Source of the DNA: Dehalococcoidia bacterium
GTDB lineage: Bacteria > Chloroflexota > Dehalococcoidia > Bin125
Length of the DNA stretch: 64,000 nucleotides
Direction: 5' to 3'
NCBI GenBank assembly: GCA_963663895.2
Contig: CAXXRD010000001.1
Location: 768,001-832,000 of the forward strand
The notes beneath the pieces are model-generated. The model ran no database searches. It was not told the DNA's origin and worked only from the letters and a program-made list of their open reading frames with translations. Both the position numbers and the translations under genes were made by a program. This document shows, one piece after another, positions 56,051-64,000 of the stretch (position 1 is its first letter; each line of letters opens with the position of its first letter).

Positions 56051-57073
56051 ATGCAAACCACCGCTCTCCCAATCGCGTTGGGCGCGAACTGGATATACGC
56101 GCTGCCCTCCAAGGAGGGGCTGTTGCTCGTCGACGCGGGGCCGGACTACCCCGGCTCGTGGGACGAGCTGGTGACGCAGCTCGACGGCTACGGCTACCGG
56201 CCCGAGCAAGTGCGGCGGGTCGTGGTCACGCATGCGCACGTGGATCACGCGGGGCTGGCGGCGCGGTGGCAGGAGTTGGGGGCGGAGGTGTGCGGGTCGG
56301 CGGATGAGGTGGAGCGCTTCGCGGCGGGGCTGGCGGTCGGCTGGTACGACTCCGATCTGGTGCTGCGCTTGCTGGCCGAGTGCGGGGTCCCGGAGGAGCG
56401 ACTGACGGGGCTGCGCCAGCACTATCCGCCTCATCCGGAGCAACTGGCCGCCTGGCGGCGGTCGCCCCCGGAAAAGCTGCCGAGCAAGCGCTGGCCGGGA
56501 ATGTTGTGGGCGACGCCGTTTCGTCCCGACCGCACGCTGCAGGCGGGGGATGTGGTGTCGGTGGGGGAGCGCGCGGTGCGCTTCGTGGCGACGCCGGGCC
56601 ATACCCCCGGCGACTCGGTCTACTACGAGGAAGCCAGCGGCGCCTTGTTCAGCGGCGACCACTTGCTGCCGCGGACGACATCAACGCCCGGGATTCACTT
56701 CTTCAACCACCGCTACGAGGAACGGATGCGGAGCCTGCCCGAACAGGGGCGCTCGCTACAGCGGGTGCGAGCACTGGGTGCGACGCATCTGTATCCGGGG
56801 CACGGCGAGGCAACGCCGGATGTCGCCGGCGCGGCCGAGCGGACGGCGGCGCGGCGTGCCAAGCGGCAAGGCAGGATCTTGCGCGAGGTCGAGCGGGGAC
56901 CGCTGACGCCCTACGAGGCGCTTCAGCGCTTTTTCCCGCATCTGCCGGACGGCCGGATCCGGCAGGCGCTGGCGGAGATCATCGGGCTGATCGACGCCCT
57001 GATCGTGGCAGGGCTGGTCGAGGAGCATCGCGAGGACGGAGTGATCCGAATCGCGGCGGCGTCTAGCGGGTGA
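56051..57073 (+). CDS. MBL-fold metallo-hydrolase with C-terminal winged-helix-like region
   Basis: LVDAG, THAHVDHAG, TPGHTPG, SGDHLL, YPGHG; start could be 55976. Confidence 0.88.
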   Translation: MQTTALPIALGANWIYALPSKEGLLLVDAGPDYPGSWDELVTQLDGYGYRPEQVRRVVVTHAHVDHAGLAARWQELGAEVCGSADEVERFAAGLAVGWYDSDLVLRLLAECGVPEERLTGLRQHYPPHPEQLAAWRRSPPEKLPSKRWPGMLWATPFRPDRTLQAGDVVSVGERAVRFVATPGHTPGDSVYYEEASGALFSGDHLLPRTTSTPGIHFFNHRYEERMRSLPEQGRSLQRVRALGATHLYPGHGEATPDVAGAAERTAARRAKRQGRILREVERGPLTPYEALQRFFPHLPDGRIRQALAEIIGLIDALIVAGLVEEHREDGVIRIAAASSG

Positions 57074-60000
57074 GACGGCGGTAGAGGGCGGGGAGATGGC
57101 GGGGCAAGGAGCCGATGTCGCTGACGATCTCGTAGCCCATGTCCTGGCACATCTCTTGGAGGTAATCGTGGCCTTGCCGGTCGACGGTGAGGCAGAAAGG
57201 CGTAATGCCCTCGCGGCGGGCCTCGGTGAGCGCCATCTTGGTGTCGTGGATGGCGTACTCCTTTTCGGTACGGTCGCGGCCGTAGCCGTGATCTTGGGGC
57301 CGGCCGTCGGAGATCACGACGAGAATGCGGACTTTCGAGCGCGCTTCCTTCAGCTTGACGATAGCGTGACGGATGGCGGGACCCATACGGGTCGAGCGTA
57401 CGGGAGTGATCTTATCGATGCGCTTCTTGATGCCGTCTGAGAAGGGCTCCTCTATGTCCTTGATGACGTAGAACTCGACGTTGTCCCGGCCGTAGCCGCT
57501 AAAGCCGTAGATGCCGTAAGTGTCGCCGATGGATTCGAGAGCTTCGGTGAGGAGGACGATGGCGTCCTTTTCGAGGTCGATGATGCGTTTGGAGGGCTGG
57601 CCGGCCTCCCGGGCGCGCTTCTGCGCCCACCAGGTGAAGTACTTACGCGGGTCGTCGTCGAAGGCGGCGTCGTCCGCACCGAAGCGTTTGCGACGATGGA
57701 TCTCCTCGTCGGTACTGGCGGACATATCGAGGAGGAAACCCACGGTGACGTCACGCTCGACCTTGTTGCGGCGATAAAAGAGGTTGGAGTCCGTGGGAGC
57801 GCCAGCGGCGCGCTGGACGATCCATTCGACCACGGCGTCAAGGTCGAACTCCTCGCCATCGGGAAGATGTCTGATCTTGCGGAAGAGCTCGGGGCGGAGC
57901 AGCTCGAACTGCTTGCGCGTTTCCTTCACAAGGGCGGCGTTCTCGCTGAGCGTGTGGTTGTAGAAGTCGACCTCCCCGCTTGGGAGCGTGCGCTGCTGCA
58001 GGCGGCACCAGCGGGGCTTGTAGTCGTTCGCGCGGAAGTCCCACTCATCATAAAAGAAGAACTGGGGATCGTCGGGGAGTGATGCGTCACCGGAGTCCTG
58101 GCTGGAGGCGTAGTCGCCCTGGAGCTGCTGCCCCGGGGTATCGGATGGGACGCGGGTGCTGGCCATCTCCTCCATCAGGTTGTCCATCATGGCGGAGACC
58201 GCGCCGTCGAGATCGCCGGCGTCGTCCTCCGCGAACTCGATCTCCGCGCTCTTCTCGATGAGCTCCTTGAGCTGCTCGGGGGTGATGGGGATAGGCTCGC
58301 CCTCGTCCGTACCCTCGCCGCGCATCTGGAGCAGCATCTGAACGAGCTCGGGTTTGAAGTCGCCGCGGAAGTCGACGGGCTCGGGGCTCTGATAGGCCTG
58401 CGGGCTGCGGCCGCTCAGGGACGCGGTCGTCGCAGCGGGGGCGCTGAGGGACTCATCACCCTGTGGCACGTCCTGCTCCTCCGTGACCTCCTCTTCGGGC
58501 GGATCAGCGGGGAGCCACTGCGACTCGTCAAGCTGGACGTTGGGAATCGAGGCGATCCACTCGTAGAGGCGGAGAGCGGCCTCGGCGGAATCTTCGACGG
58601 AGGCGTCGCCGTCGCGCATCCGAGCGAGAATCTGAAGCGGGGTCTTGATGAGCTCCGCGATCTCGGGGGGCCACTGGATCGTGTCGCCGGCATCCAGGCT
58701 CAGGCGGACAAGATTCTCGACGGCGGCTTCGCGGGCGGGCATGGTTGCAAGAGCGCGGCGGCGGACGACGGCGGCACGCTGCAAGCGCTCGAAGGCCGTG
58801 CGGACGCCGGGATACTCCCGGCGGAGGACGCTATCAATGCGGGTGTCCTCAACGATCGTGAAGAGATCGGCGATGAGGCGGCGATCGTCGAAGAGGTCGA
58901 AGAAGCGCTCCATGTCCGTGAGGGCAGGATCACCGTCGCGGGCCGGAGCGCGCGTGAAGCGGAGATCGTCGAAGAGGGTGGCCGGGCGGGAGAAGCGGAA
59001 GTGGAAGGAGTCAAATTCCAGCCGCCCCGCTTGGTGTGTCGCGAAGACTTTGTAGACGGAGAAGTTCAGCGCTTTGTCGTTGTGCTCCTCGACGACCGCG
59101 GGCAGGTAGATGGCCGTGCCTTCCGTCGTGGGGCTGCTCTGACTGACCCAGCCGACTCCACGCTCGGCGAGGGCGTCGAGCGGGAAGACGGCCACGTCGG
59201 CGCCGGTGAGCGCGCGACAGTAGAGCCGGATCAGCTCGGCGACGTTCTCGAGCTCAACGCGGGAGGAGAGCGCCTGGATGACCTCTTCGCCTTTGGCGGA
59301 CTCCAGGCGAAAGAAGGCCTCCCCGCCCGCTGCGCTCTTCTGCAGGATGGCCAAGCCCTGCGCATGCCAGCGGGCGAGATCGTCGTGGCTGACGCGCGCA
59401 AGGACGGCGGGCGACGATTTGATGAACTCCATCGCGGCGAGGCCGGAGTGGGGAAGCAATTCCTCGGCGAGAGCGATAACGCGGCCGTGCACGGCGTCAT
59501 CAACTTCCGCCAGCGCCGCGGCCGCATCGAGGAAATAGGGATGGCCTTGCCGTCCCACCATCAGCGCGACGCGGCCGGAGAGCGCAAGGAAGCGCGCGCG
59601 CTGCTGGGGCTCGACGCGCTTGATGGCGTTGGGGCTGCGCTCAAAGTAGTTGCGCGCGTCGGCCCAGGCCGTGTTGGCGACGATCGAACCGAATTCGAGG
59701 ACGGGAGCCCGATCGGCGCGGTCGAGCTCGCCAAGGACGGCGGCGGACATGCCCAGGCAAGCGCTGGCCAGCTCGTAGGAGTGACCGGCGAGGGCGTCGA
59801 TCAGTTCGACGAGGAGGCGCGTCTGGCCGAGGGGCAGCTGCGAGAGGATGGCGGGGCTGACGTCGAAATACTGCGCGGCGAGGGAGCCCGACTTCCAGGT
59901 GCCACGGTAAAGCAGGCGACCCTGCTCGCCCCAGTCGGGCGCCTGCGCGGGAGCAAGGTGCGGAAGCGCGGCGGGGCTGGCGCGGAAGTAGGCCGCAGCA

Positions 60001-60329
60001 AGCGCGGGGGAATCGGCGGCGAGATCACGGCCACTGCCTGCCCAGGCTTGGAAGTGGGGGAGGGGCAGTTGGTCGAGCACGGCGGCGCTGACGCGACAGT
60101 AGACGCTGGCGGCTTCCCAAGCACGGAGGGAATGGCGGGCGACCGCGAGCCCTTCGTCCGCCCAGGCAAGGAGGGCGTCCGCGTCTAGGCGCTCCTGGAG
60201 CTGGGTGCAGGCTTCGTCGAACTCCTGCAAGAGCGGCGGAGGGAAGGTGGCGAGCGCCTCACGGATGGCGGCCAGGGCGGGCTCCGTGGCGCTGGGCCTG
60301 GGAGAGTGTGGGCGGGGACTATCGGGCAT
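57063..60329 (-). CDS. Large CbbO/NorD-type VWA protein with N-terminal helical repeats
   Basis: YDEWDF...Y...WC, DGEEFDLDA, MIDAS DMSAS, STRMGPAIRHA, ISDGRPQD, DTKMAL.EAR. Confidence 0.9.
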   Translation of the reverse strand: MPDSPRPHSPRPSATEPALAAIREALATFPPPLLQEFDEACTQLQERLDADALLAWADEGLAVARHSLRAWEAASVYCRVSAAVLDQLPLPHFQAWAGSGRDLAADSPALAAAYFRASPAALPHLAPAQAPDWGEQGRLLYRGTWKSGSLAAQYFDVSPAILSQLPLGQTRLLVELIDALAGHSYELASACLGMSAAVLGELDRADRAPVLEFGSIVANTAWADARNYFERSPNAIKRVEPQQRARFLALSGRVALMVGRQGHPYFLDAAAALAEVDDAVHGRVIALAEELLPHSGLAAMEFIKSSPAVLARVSHDDLARWHAQGLAILQKSAAGGEAFFRLESAKGEEVIQALSSRVELENVAELIRLYCRALTGADVAVFPLDALAERGVGWVSQSSPTTEGTAIYLPAVVEEHNDKALNFSVYKVFATHQAGRLEFDSFHFRFSRPATLFDDLRFTRAPARDGDPALTDMERFFDLFDDRRLIADLFTIVEDTRIDSVLRREYPGVRTAFERLQRAAVVRRRALATMPAREAAVENLVRLSLDAGDTIQWPPEIAELIKTPLQILARMRDGDASVEDSAEAALRLYEWIASIPNVQLDESQWLPADPPEEEVTEEQDVPQGDESLSAPAATTASLSGRSPQAYQSPEPVDFRGDFKPELVQMLLQMRGEGTDEGEPIPITPEQLKELIEKSAEIEFAEDDAGDLDGAVSAMMDNLMEEMASTRVPSDTPGQQLQGDYASSQDSGDASLPDDPQFFFYDEWDFRANDYKPRWCRLQQRTLPSGEVDFYNHTLSENAALVKETRKQFELLRPELFRKIRHLPDGEEFDLDAVVEWIVQRAAGAPTDSNLFYRRNKVERDVTVGFLLDMSASTDEEIHRRKRFGADDAAFDDDPRKYFTWWAQKRAREAGQPSKRIIDLEKDAIVLLTEALESIGDTYGIYGFSGYGRDNVEFYVIKDIEEPFSDGIKKRIDKITPVRSTRMGPAIRHAIVKLKEARSKVRILVVISDGRPQDHGYGRDRTEKEYAIHDTKMALTEARREGITPFCLTVDRQGHDYLQEMCQDMGYEIVSDIGSLPRHLPALYRRLTR

Positions 60330-60957
60330 CGGATGCTCTGGGCGCGGGGGAGACGCCGGAGTGTCGCGCGACCACGCGGGTGGGATCAGGAAAATTGTCG
60401 AAGGTCACGGACTCGTCGATCGTATCCAACACAGCGTAGGAGAGCTGGAAGCCGTTATGGGGATCGCGGGGCTCGCCGGCGGAGCCGGGGTTAATCACCA
60501 AGGCATCGCCGATGCGCCGCTCCAGCTGGTAGTGCGTGTGGCCGTAGATCACGAAGTCCGCCTCTAAATGGGCGAGCTTCTGCAGATCGGCGCTGGAGGG
60601 GTAGAGATAGTCGCGGTAAGGCTCCCAAGGCGTCGCATGGAACATGAAGAGGGTCTTGCCGTCCAGCGTGGTGCGCAGGGTGTTGGGATGGGCGCTGGTC
60701 CAGGCGAGTAGCTCCCGATCGACCTTGGGGGACTCGCGCGCGCGTACGCCCGCGGCGCTCAAGAGGATCTCCTCATGGTTGCCGAGGATGAACCGGGCGC
60801 CGCGTTCGCGCAGGCGGGCGACGACCTCGTTGCTGAAGCGGAACTGGTAGACGGCATCGCCGGCGCAGAGCAGCTCATCGACGGGGCCCATGCGGGCAAG
60901 AGCGGTGTCCAGCGCCTCGATATTGCAGTGGATGTCGGAGAGGATGCCTAGGCGCAC
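60319..60957 (-). CDS. Metallophosphoesterase (YfcE-like)
   Basis: SDIH, AGD, GNHE, FH, GHTH, INPGS. Confidence 0.9.
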   Translation of the reverse strand: MRLGILSDIHCNIEALDTALARMGPVDELLCAGDAVYQFRFSNEVVARLRERGARFILGNHEEILLSAAGVRARESPKVDRELLAWTSAHPNTLRTTLDGKTLFMFHATPWEPYRDYLYPSSADLQKLAHLEADFVIYGHTHYQLERRIGDALVINPGSAGEPRDPHNGFQLSYAVLDTIDESVTFDNFPDPTRVVARHSGVSPAPRASDAR

Positions 60958-61002
60958 TGGGGTCCTCGAAGCGGATGCAGGAAGAGCGAGGAACGAGCGG
61001 CG

Positions 61003-61914
61003 CTATTCAAAGATGGACGCGATCACTTCTTCGACGCTGCGCTGGATCTCGGCGTCGTCGGTCAGAGACCACACGATCGCAATCTGACAAGCGCGGCGGG
61101 GGGCGATGCCCTGGCGGATGAGGCTGCCTGCGTAGATCAGCAGGCGGGTGCTGGCACCCTCGCTGAGGCCGTGCTCGCGAAGATGGCGGATTTTTTCGGC
61201 CATCTTGGCGAGGCGGAGCGCGGTCTCGGCATCAATGCCGGATTCGTGCTGGATGATCTCGGCCTCGATCTCACGAGGCGGGTAGTCAAACTCGATGGCG
61301 ACGAAGCGCTGGCGCGTGCTCTGCTTGAGGTCTTTCAGGGCGCTCTGATAGCCCGGGTTGAACGAGATGACGAGGAGGAAGCCGTCGCGGGCTTGGAGGA
61401 GCTGCGACTTCTTCTCGACGGGAAGGATCCGGCGGTGATCGGTGAGGGGGTGAATGAGGACTGTGGTGTCCTTGCGTGCCTCGACGACCTCGTCGAGGTA
61501 ACAGATCGCGCCCGCTTTGACGGCGCGAGTGAGGGGGCCGTCGATCCAGACCGTCTCCTGCCCTTCGAGCAGGTAGCGGCCGACGAGGTCGCTGGCGGTG
61601 AGGTCTTCGTGGCAGGCAACGGTGACGAGCGGCAGGCTGCTCTCCTGCACGATCTCTTTTCTGCCGTCACGGGAGACGACGACGGGGCGGTTGAGGTGAA
61701 AGGCCATGTACTCCACGAAGCGGGTTTTGCCGCAGCCGGTGGGCCCTTTGAGGAGCACGGGGATCTTGGAGTTCCAGGCCGCGCGGAAGAGCTCGACCTC
61801 GTCCCCGACGGGAACGTAGTACGGCTCTTCTTGGAAGCGGAACTCCTCAACCGCCCAGGAGCGGTATTCGGTAAGGGGAGCTTCGGTTTGGGAAGTCATG
61901 ATCTCTCGCTGCAT
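61003..61914 (-). CDS. CbbQ/NirQ/NorQ AAA+ ATPase
   Basis: [61 protein letters not shown]. Confidence 0.95.
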   Translation of the reverse strand: MQREIMTSQTEAPLTEYRSWAVEEFRFQEEPYYVPVGDEVELFRAAWNSKIPVLLKGPTGCGKTRFVEYMAFHLNRPVVVSRDGRKEIVQESSLPLVTVACHEDLTASDLVGRYLLEGQETVWIDGPLTRAVKAGAICYLDEVVEARKDTTVLIHPLTDHRRILPVEKKSQLLQARDGFLLVISFNPGYQSALKDLKQSTRQRFVAIEFDYPPREIEAEIIQHESGIDAETALRLAKMAEKIRHLREHGLSEGASTRLLIYAGSLIRQGIAPRRACQIAIVWSLTDDAEIQRSVEEVIASIFE

Positions 61915-61930
61915 CCAGTCGCGTGGCGCT

Positions 61931-62542
61931 CTAGCCAGTTGGCAGGAGGCGCCCTCGCAGCGCCTCCCATTCTTGGTCCACTCGCGCCCAAGCCTCCTCT
62001 ACTGAGCCGCTGTTGTCGATCACGCGGTCAGCATGCTTGATCCGCTCCCCGTCGGTGAGCTGGGAGTCGATGCGCGCGTTGGCGGCTTCGGTGCTGAGGC
62101 CGTTGCGCTGCATGAGGCGCTGCCGGGCGATGGAGCGGGGCACCGTGACGACCCAGACTTCGTCGGCGAGGTCCTGCCAGTCCGCTTCGATGAGGACCGC
62201 CGCTTCGAGCACGGCGACCTGGGATCCGGCGCGCTCAAGGCCGCGCAACTCTTCCACGGCGAGCGCCTTGATGGCGGGCCAGACGATATCGGTCAGGCGC
62301 TTGAGCGCGGCGGCGTCGCCGAAGACTTTGGCGCCGAGGACACGGCGGTCGATAGCGCCATCGTCGGCGACGATCTCGCGGCCGAAGCGGTCGACGACGG
62401 CATCGTAGACGGGACCGCCGGGCGCGTAGGTTCGATGTCCGAGCAGATCGGCGTCGAGCAGCGCGGCGCCACGCTCGACGAGCCTGGCGGAGACGGCGGA
62501 TTTACCAGAGGCGATGCCGCCGGTCAGTCCGATCACGTGCAT
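61931..62542 (-). CDS. coaE: Dephospho-CoA kinase
   Basis: [34 protein letters not shown]. Confidence 0.95.
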   Translation of the reverse strand: MHVIGLTGGIASGKSAVSARLVERGAALLDADLLGHRTYAPGGPVYDAVVDRFGREIVADDGAIDRRVLGAKVFGDAAALKRLTDIVWPAIKALAVEELRGLERAGSQVAVLEAAVLIEADWQDLADEVWVVTVPRSIARQRLMQRNGLSTEAANARIDSQLTDGERIKHADRVIDNSGSVEEAWARVDQEWEALRGRLLPTG

Positions 62543-62834
62543 GCGCCCCGCCTTCAAAGAACCGAGCCGACCGGCACGCCTGGTGGCGAAACAAACAAGG
62601 CCCATCCGGGCCGAGAAATGAGGCTATCAATGGCCAATTCCGAGCGTCAAGGTAAACCCCCCAGGGACTCCCCGGCGCTGCGGCCGTCCAGGCGGTAGCG
62701 GGACGGCTCGATCGCTTGCGCTCGGCGCGGGCTCCAGACTCCGAGAGAGTGTATCGCCGCTGTCAGTGATGGGAGGAGAGCGAACATGATAATAGAGGCG
62801 CGCGTCCGCACGATCGTCCCAGGGAGAGCAGGCG

Positions 62835-63308
62835 ATGGCCGTCGAAGCGTTGAGCAGTACCGCGGACTTGGAAGACGCCCGCGAGCAGTTGCTGCAGAGC
62901 TTCGCCGGCTTGGATGAGTCGCTCCTGAACGAACCCAACGTCGTGGGCGAATGGAGCATCCGCGAGGTGGTCGCACACATCGCCACCTGGGATGCGTGGG
63001 TGCGCGAGGTGCTCGACGCTGCCCCGCAGGGCGCCCCGGCCAGCGTGCCCGACGAGGAAGCGACGAACCAGCGAGCGCAGGAGCGCTTTGCCGGGACGCC
63101 GTTCGGAGAGATCCGGCGCGAGATGCGATCAACGCGAATGCCGATCCTCTGCCAGTTCGCGGCGATGAGTGATGCGGAGCGGGCGCGCCCCCGCTACCTG
63201 ATGGACGACAAGCTGATCTCCGCGGACGATCTGGCCGAGAGCTTCATCGAGCACGATCTGACGCACGCATCGGAGATCCGGGCTTGGCGCAAGCTGCGGG
63301 GCGTCTAA
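62835..63308 (+). CDS. DinB/YfiT-like protein
   Basis: GEWSIREVVAHI...HDLTH metal-binding His pattern. Confidence 0.85.
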   Translation: MAVEALSSTADLEDAREQLLQSFAGLDESLLNEPNVVGEWSIREVVAHIATWDAWVREVLDAAPQGAPASVPDEEATNQRAQERFAGTPFGEIRREMRSTRMPILCQFAAMSDAERARPRYLMDDKLISADDLAESFIEHDLTHASEIRAWRKLRGV

Positions 63309-63324
63309 CCCGACCCCTAGACCG

Positions 63325-64000
63325 CTAGTCTTGGAGGAGCTCGCGCAAGGCCGCGGCAAGCGGCGGTAGCACCTTCTGGTAGTCCTCGACCACGCCAAAA
63401 CGGCAGAAGTTGTAGATGTTCGCGCCGGGGTCCTTGTTAATCGCGACGATGTTCTTGCTGCCCCCGCAGCCGGCCATGTGCTGACTGGCGCCGCTGATCG
63501 CGACGGCGAGGTAGAGCGTGGGCGAGACGACCGTGCCCGTGAGCCCCACCTGTTGCGCGGGCGGGTACCAGCCGAGGTCGCAAGCGGCGCGGCTGGCGCC
63601 CACCGCAGCGCCCAGCACGGAGGCGAGCTCCTCCAAGTCACGGAAGGCGCTCTCTTGGCCGAGGCCGCGACCACCGGCAACGACGATCTCCGCCGTGTTG
63701 AGCGGAATCCCTTCCGACTGGGCCCGCTCCTTGCCGGTGACGGCGGCGCGGGGGGCGACGGGATCGACCGCGATGGCGGTGATCGATCCGCGCCGTGAGG
63801 CGTCGGGATCCAGCGCGTCCTGCGATTTCGCGCGCACGGTGATGACCTGCGGATCGCTGGTGATGGTCACGACCTGACGAGCGTTGCCGCCGAAGCAGGG
63901 ACGCGTGGCGCGGATCCGTCCCTCCGCGACGGCGAGGTCCACGGCGTCCATGACGACGGCCGTGTCGAGACGGGCGGCGAGGCGGGGGGCCAGATCTCGG
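63325..64000 (-). CDS. etfA: Electron transfer flavoprotein alpha subunit (5' end beyond window)
   Basis: VAGGRG, VGASRAA, QVGLTG, ISGASQH, AINKD. Confidence 0.95.
   Translation of the reverse strand, partial: RDLAPRLAARLDTAVVMDAVDLAVAEGRIRATRPCFGGNARQVVTITSDPQVITVRAKSQDALDPDASRRGSITAIAVDPVAPRAAVTGKERAQSEGIPLNTAEIVVAGGRGLGQESAFRDLEELASVLGAAVGASRAACDLGWYPPAQQVGLTGTVVSPTLYLAVAISGASQHMAGCGGSKNIVAINKDPGANIYNFCRFGVVEDYQKVLPPLAAALRELLQD

Noticed and set aside
57063-61914. Carbon fixation or denitrification inferred from cbbQ/cbbO
   Set aside because: No Rubisco or NO reductase genes in the window; the family has other clients.
62545-62830. Structured ncRNA in the coaE-dinB gap
   Set aside because: No known RNA motif or convincing stem pattern found by eye.

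Overview
High-GC bacterial chromosome segment; gene content and protein style suggest Chloroflexota/Dehalococcoidia (inference only). Core blocks: GGR-plsY-ilvE; a YtnP-like hydrolase with gcvT-H-PA-PB; a SnoaL-OsmC pair, larA, an acyl-CoA dehydrogenase and a flavin reductase; mnmA, rsfS, ndk, tsaBE, gyrA, mreB, murA; a full F1Fo operon; two MFS genes, pyrF, comB, cinA; coaE-cbbQ-phosphoesterase-cbbO; dinB; and etfA. Two integrase-less accessory blocks (about 14.2-18.5 and 18.7-28.5 kb) lie 3' of tRNA-Ser(GGA) and tRNA-Ser(CGA). They carry a type II R-M pair, exported proteins, a DUF1538x2-PII-CBS cassette, an EBP/EXPERA-like protein, katG and an aromatic amino acid decarboxylase. Best leads: (1) an OsmC-family selenoprotein hidden as two ORFs, with UGA at the catalytic Cys position and a SECIS-like hairpin; (2) a promoter whose whole -35/-10 spacer is a G14 tract, a candidate phase-variation switch; (3) an orphan CbbQ plus a 1088-aa repeat-bearing CbbO with an interposed phosphoesterase and no known client; (4) an ATP synthase a-subunit with a ~220-aa inserted domain, and a HAD phosphatase inside the atp operon; (5) a conserved ~90-bp element behind both tRNA-Ser genes. 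The 41.6-53 kb stretch has about two dozen +1 homopolymer indels that I read as sequencing errors. All family calls come from motif recognition by eye; no database search was run.
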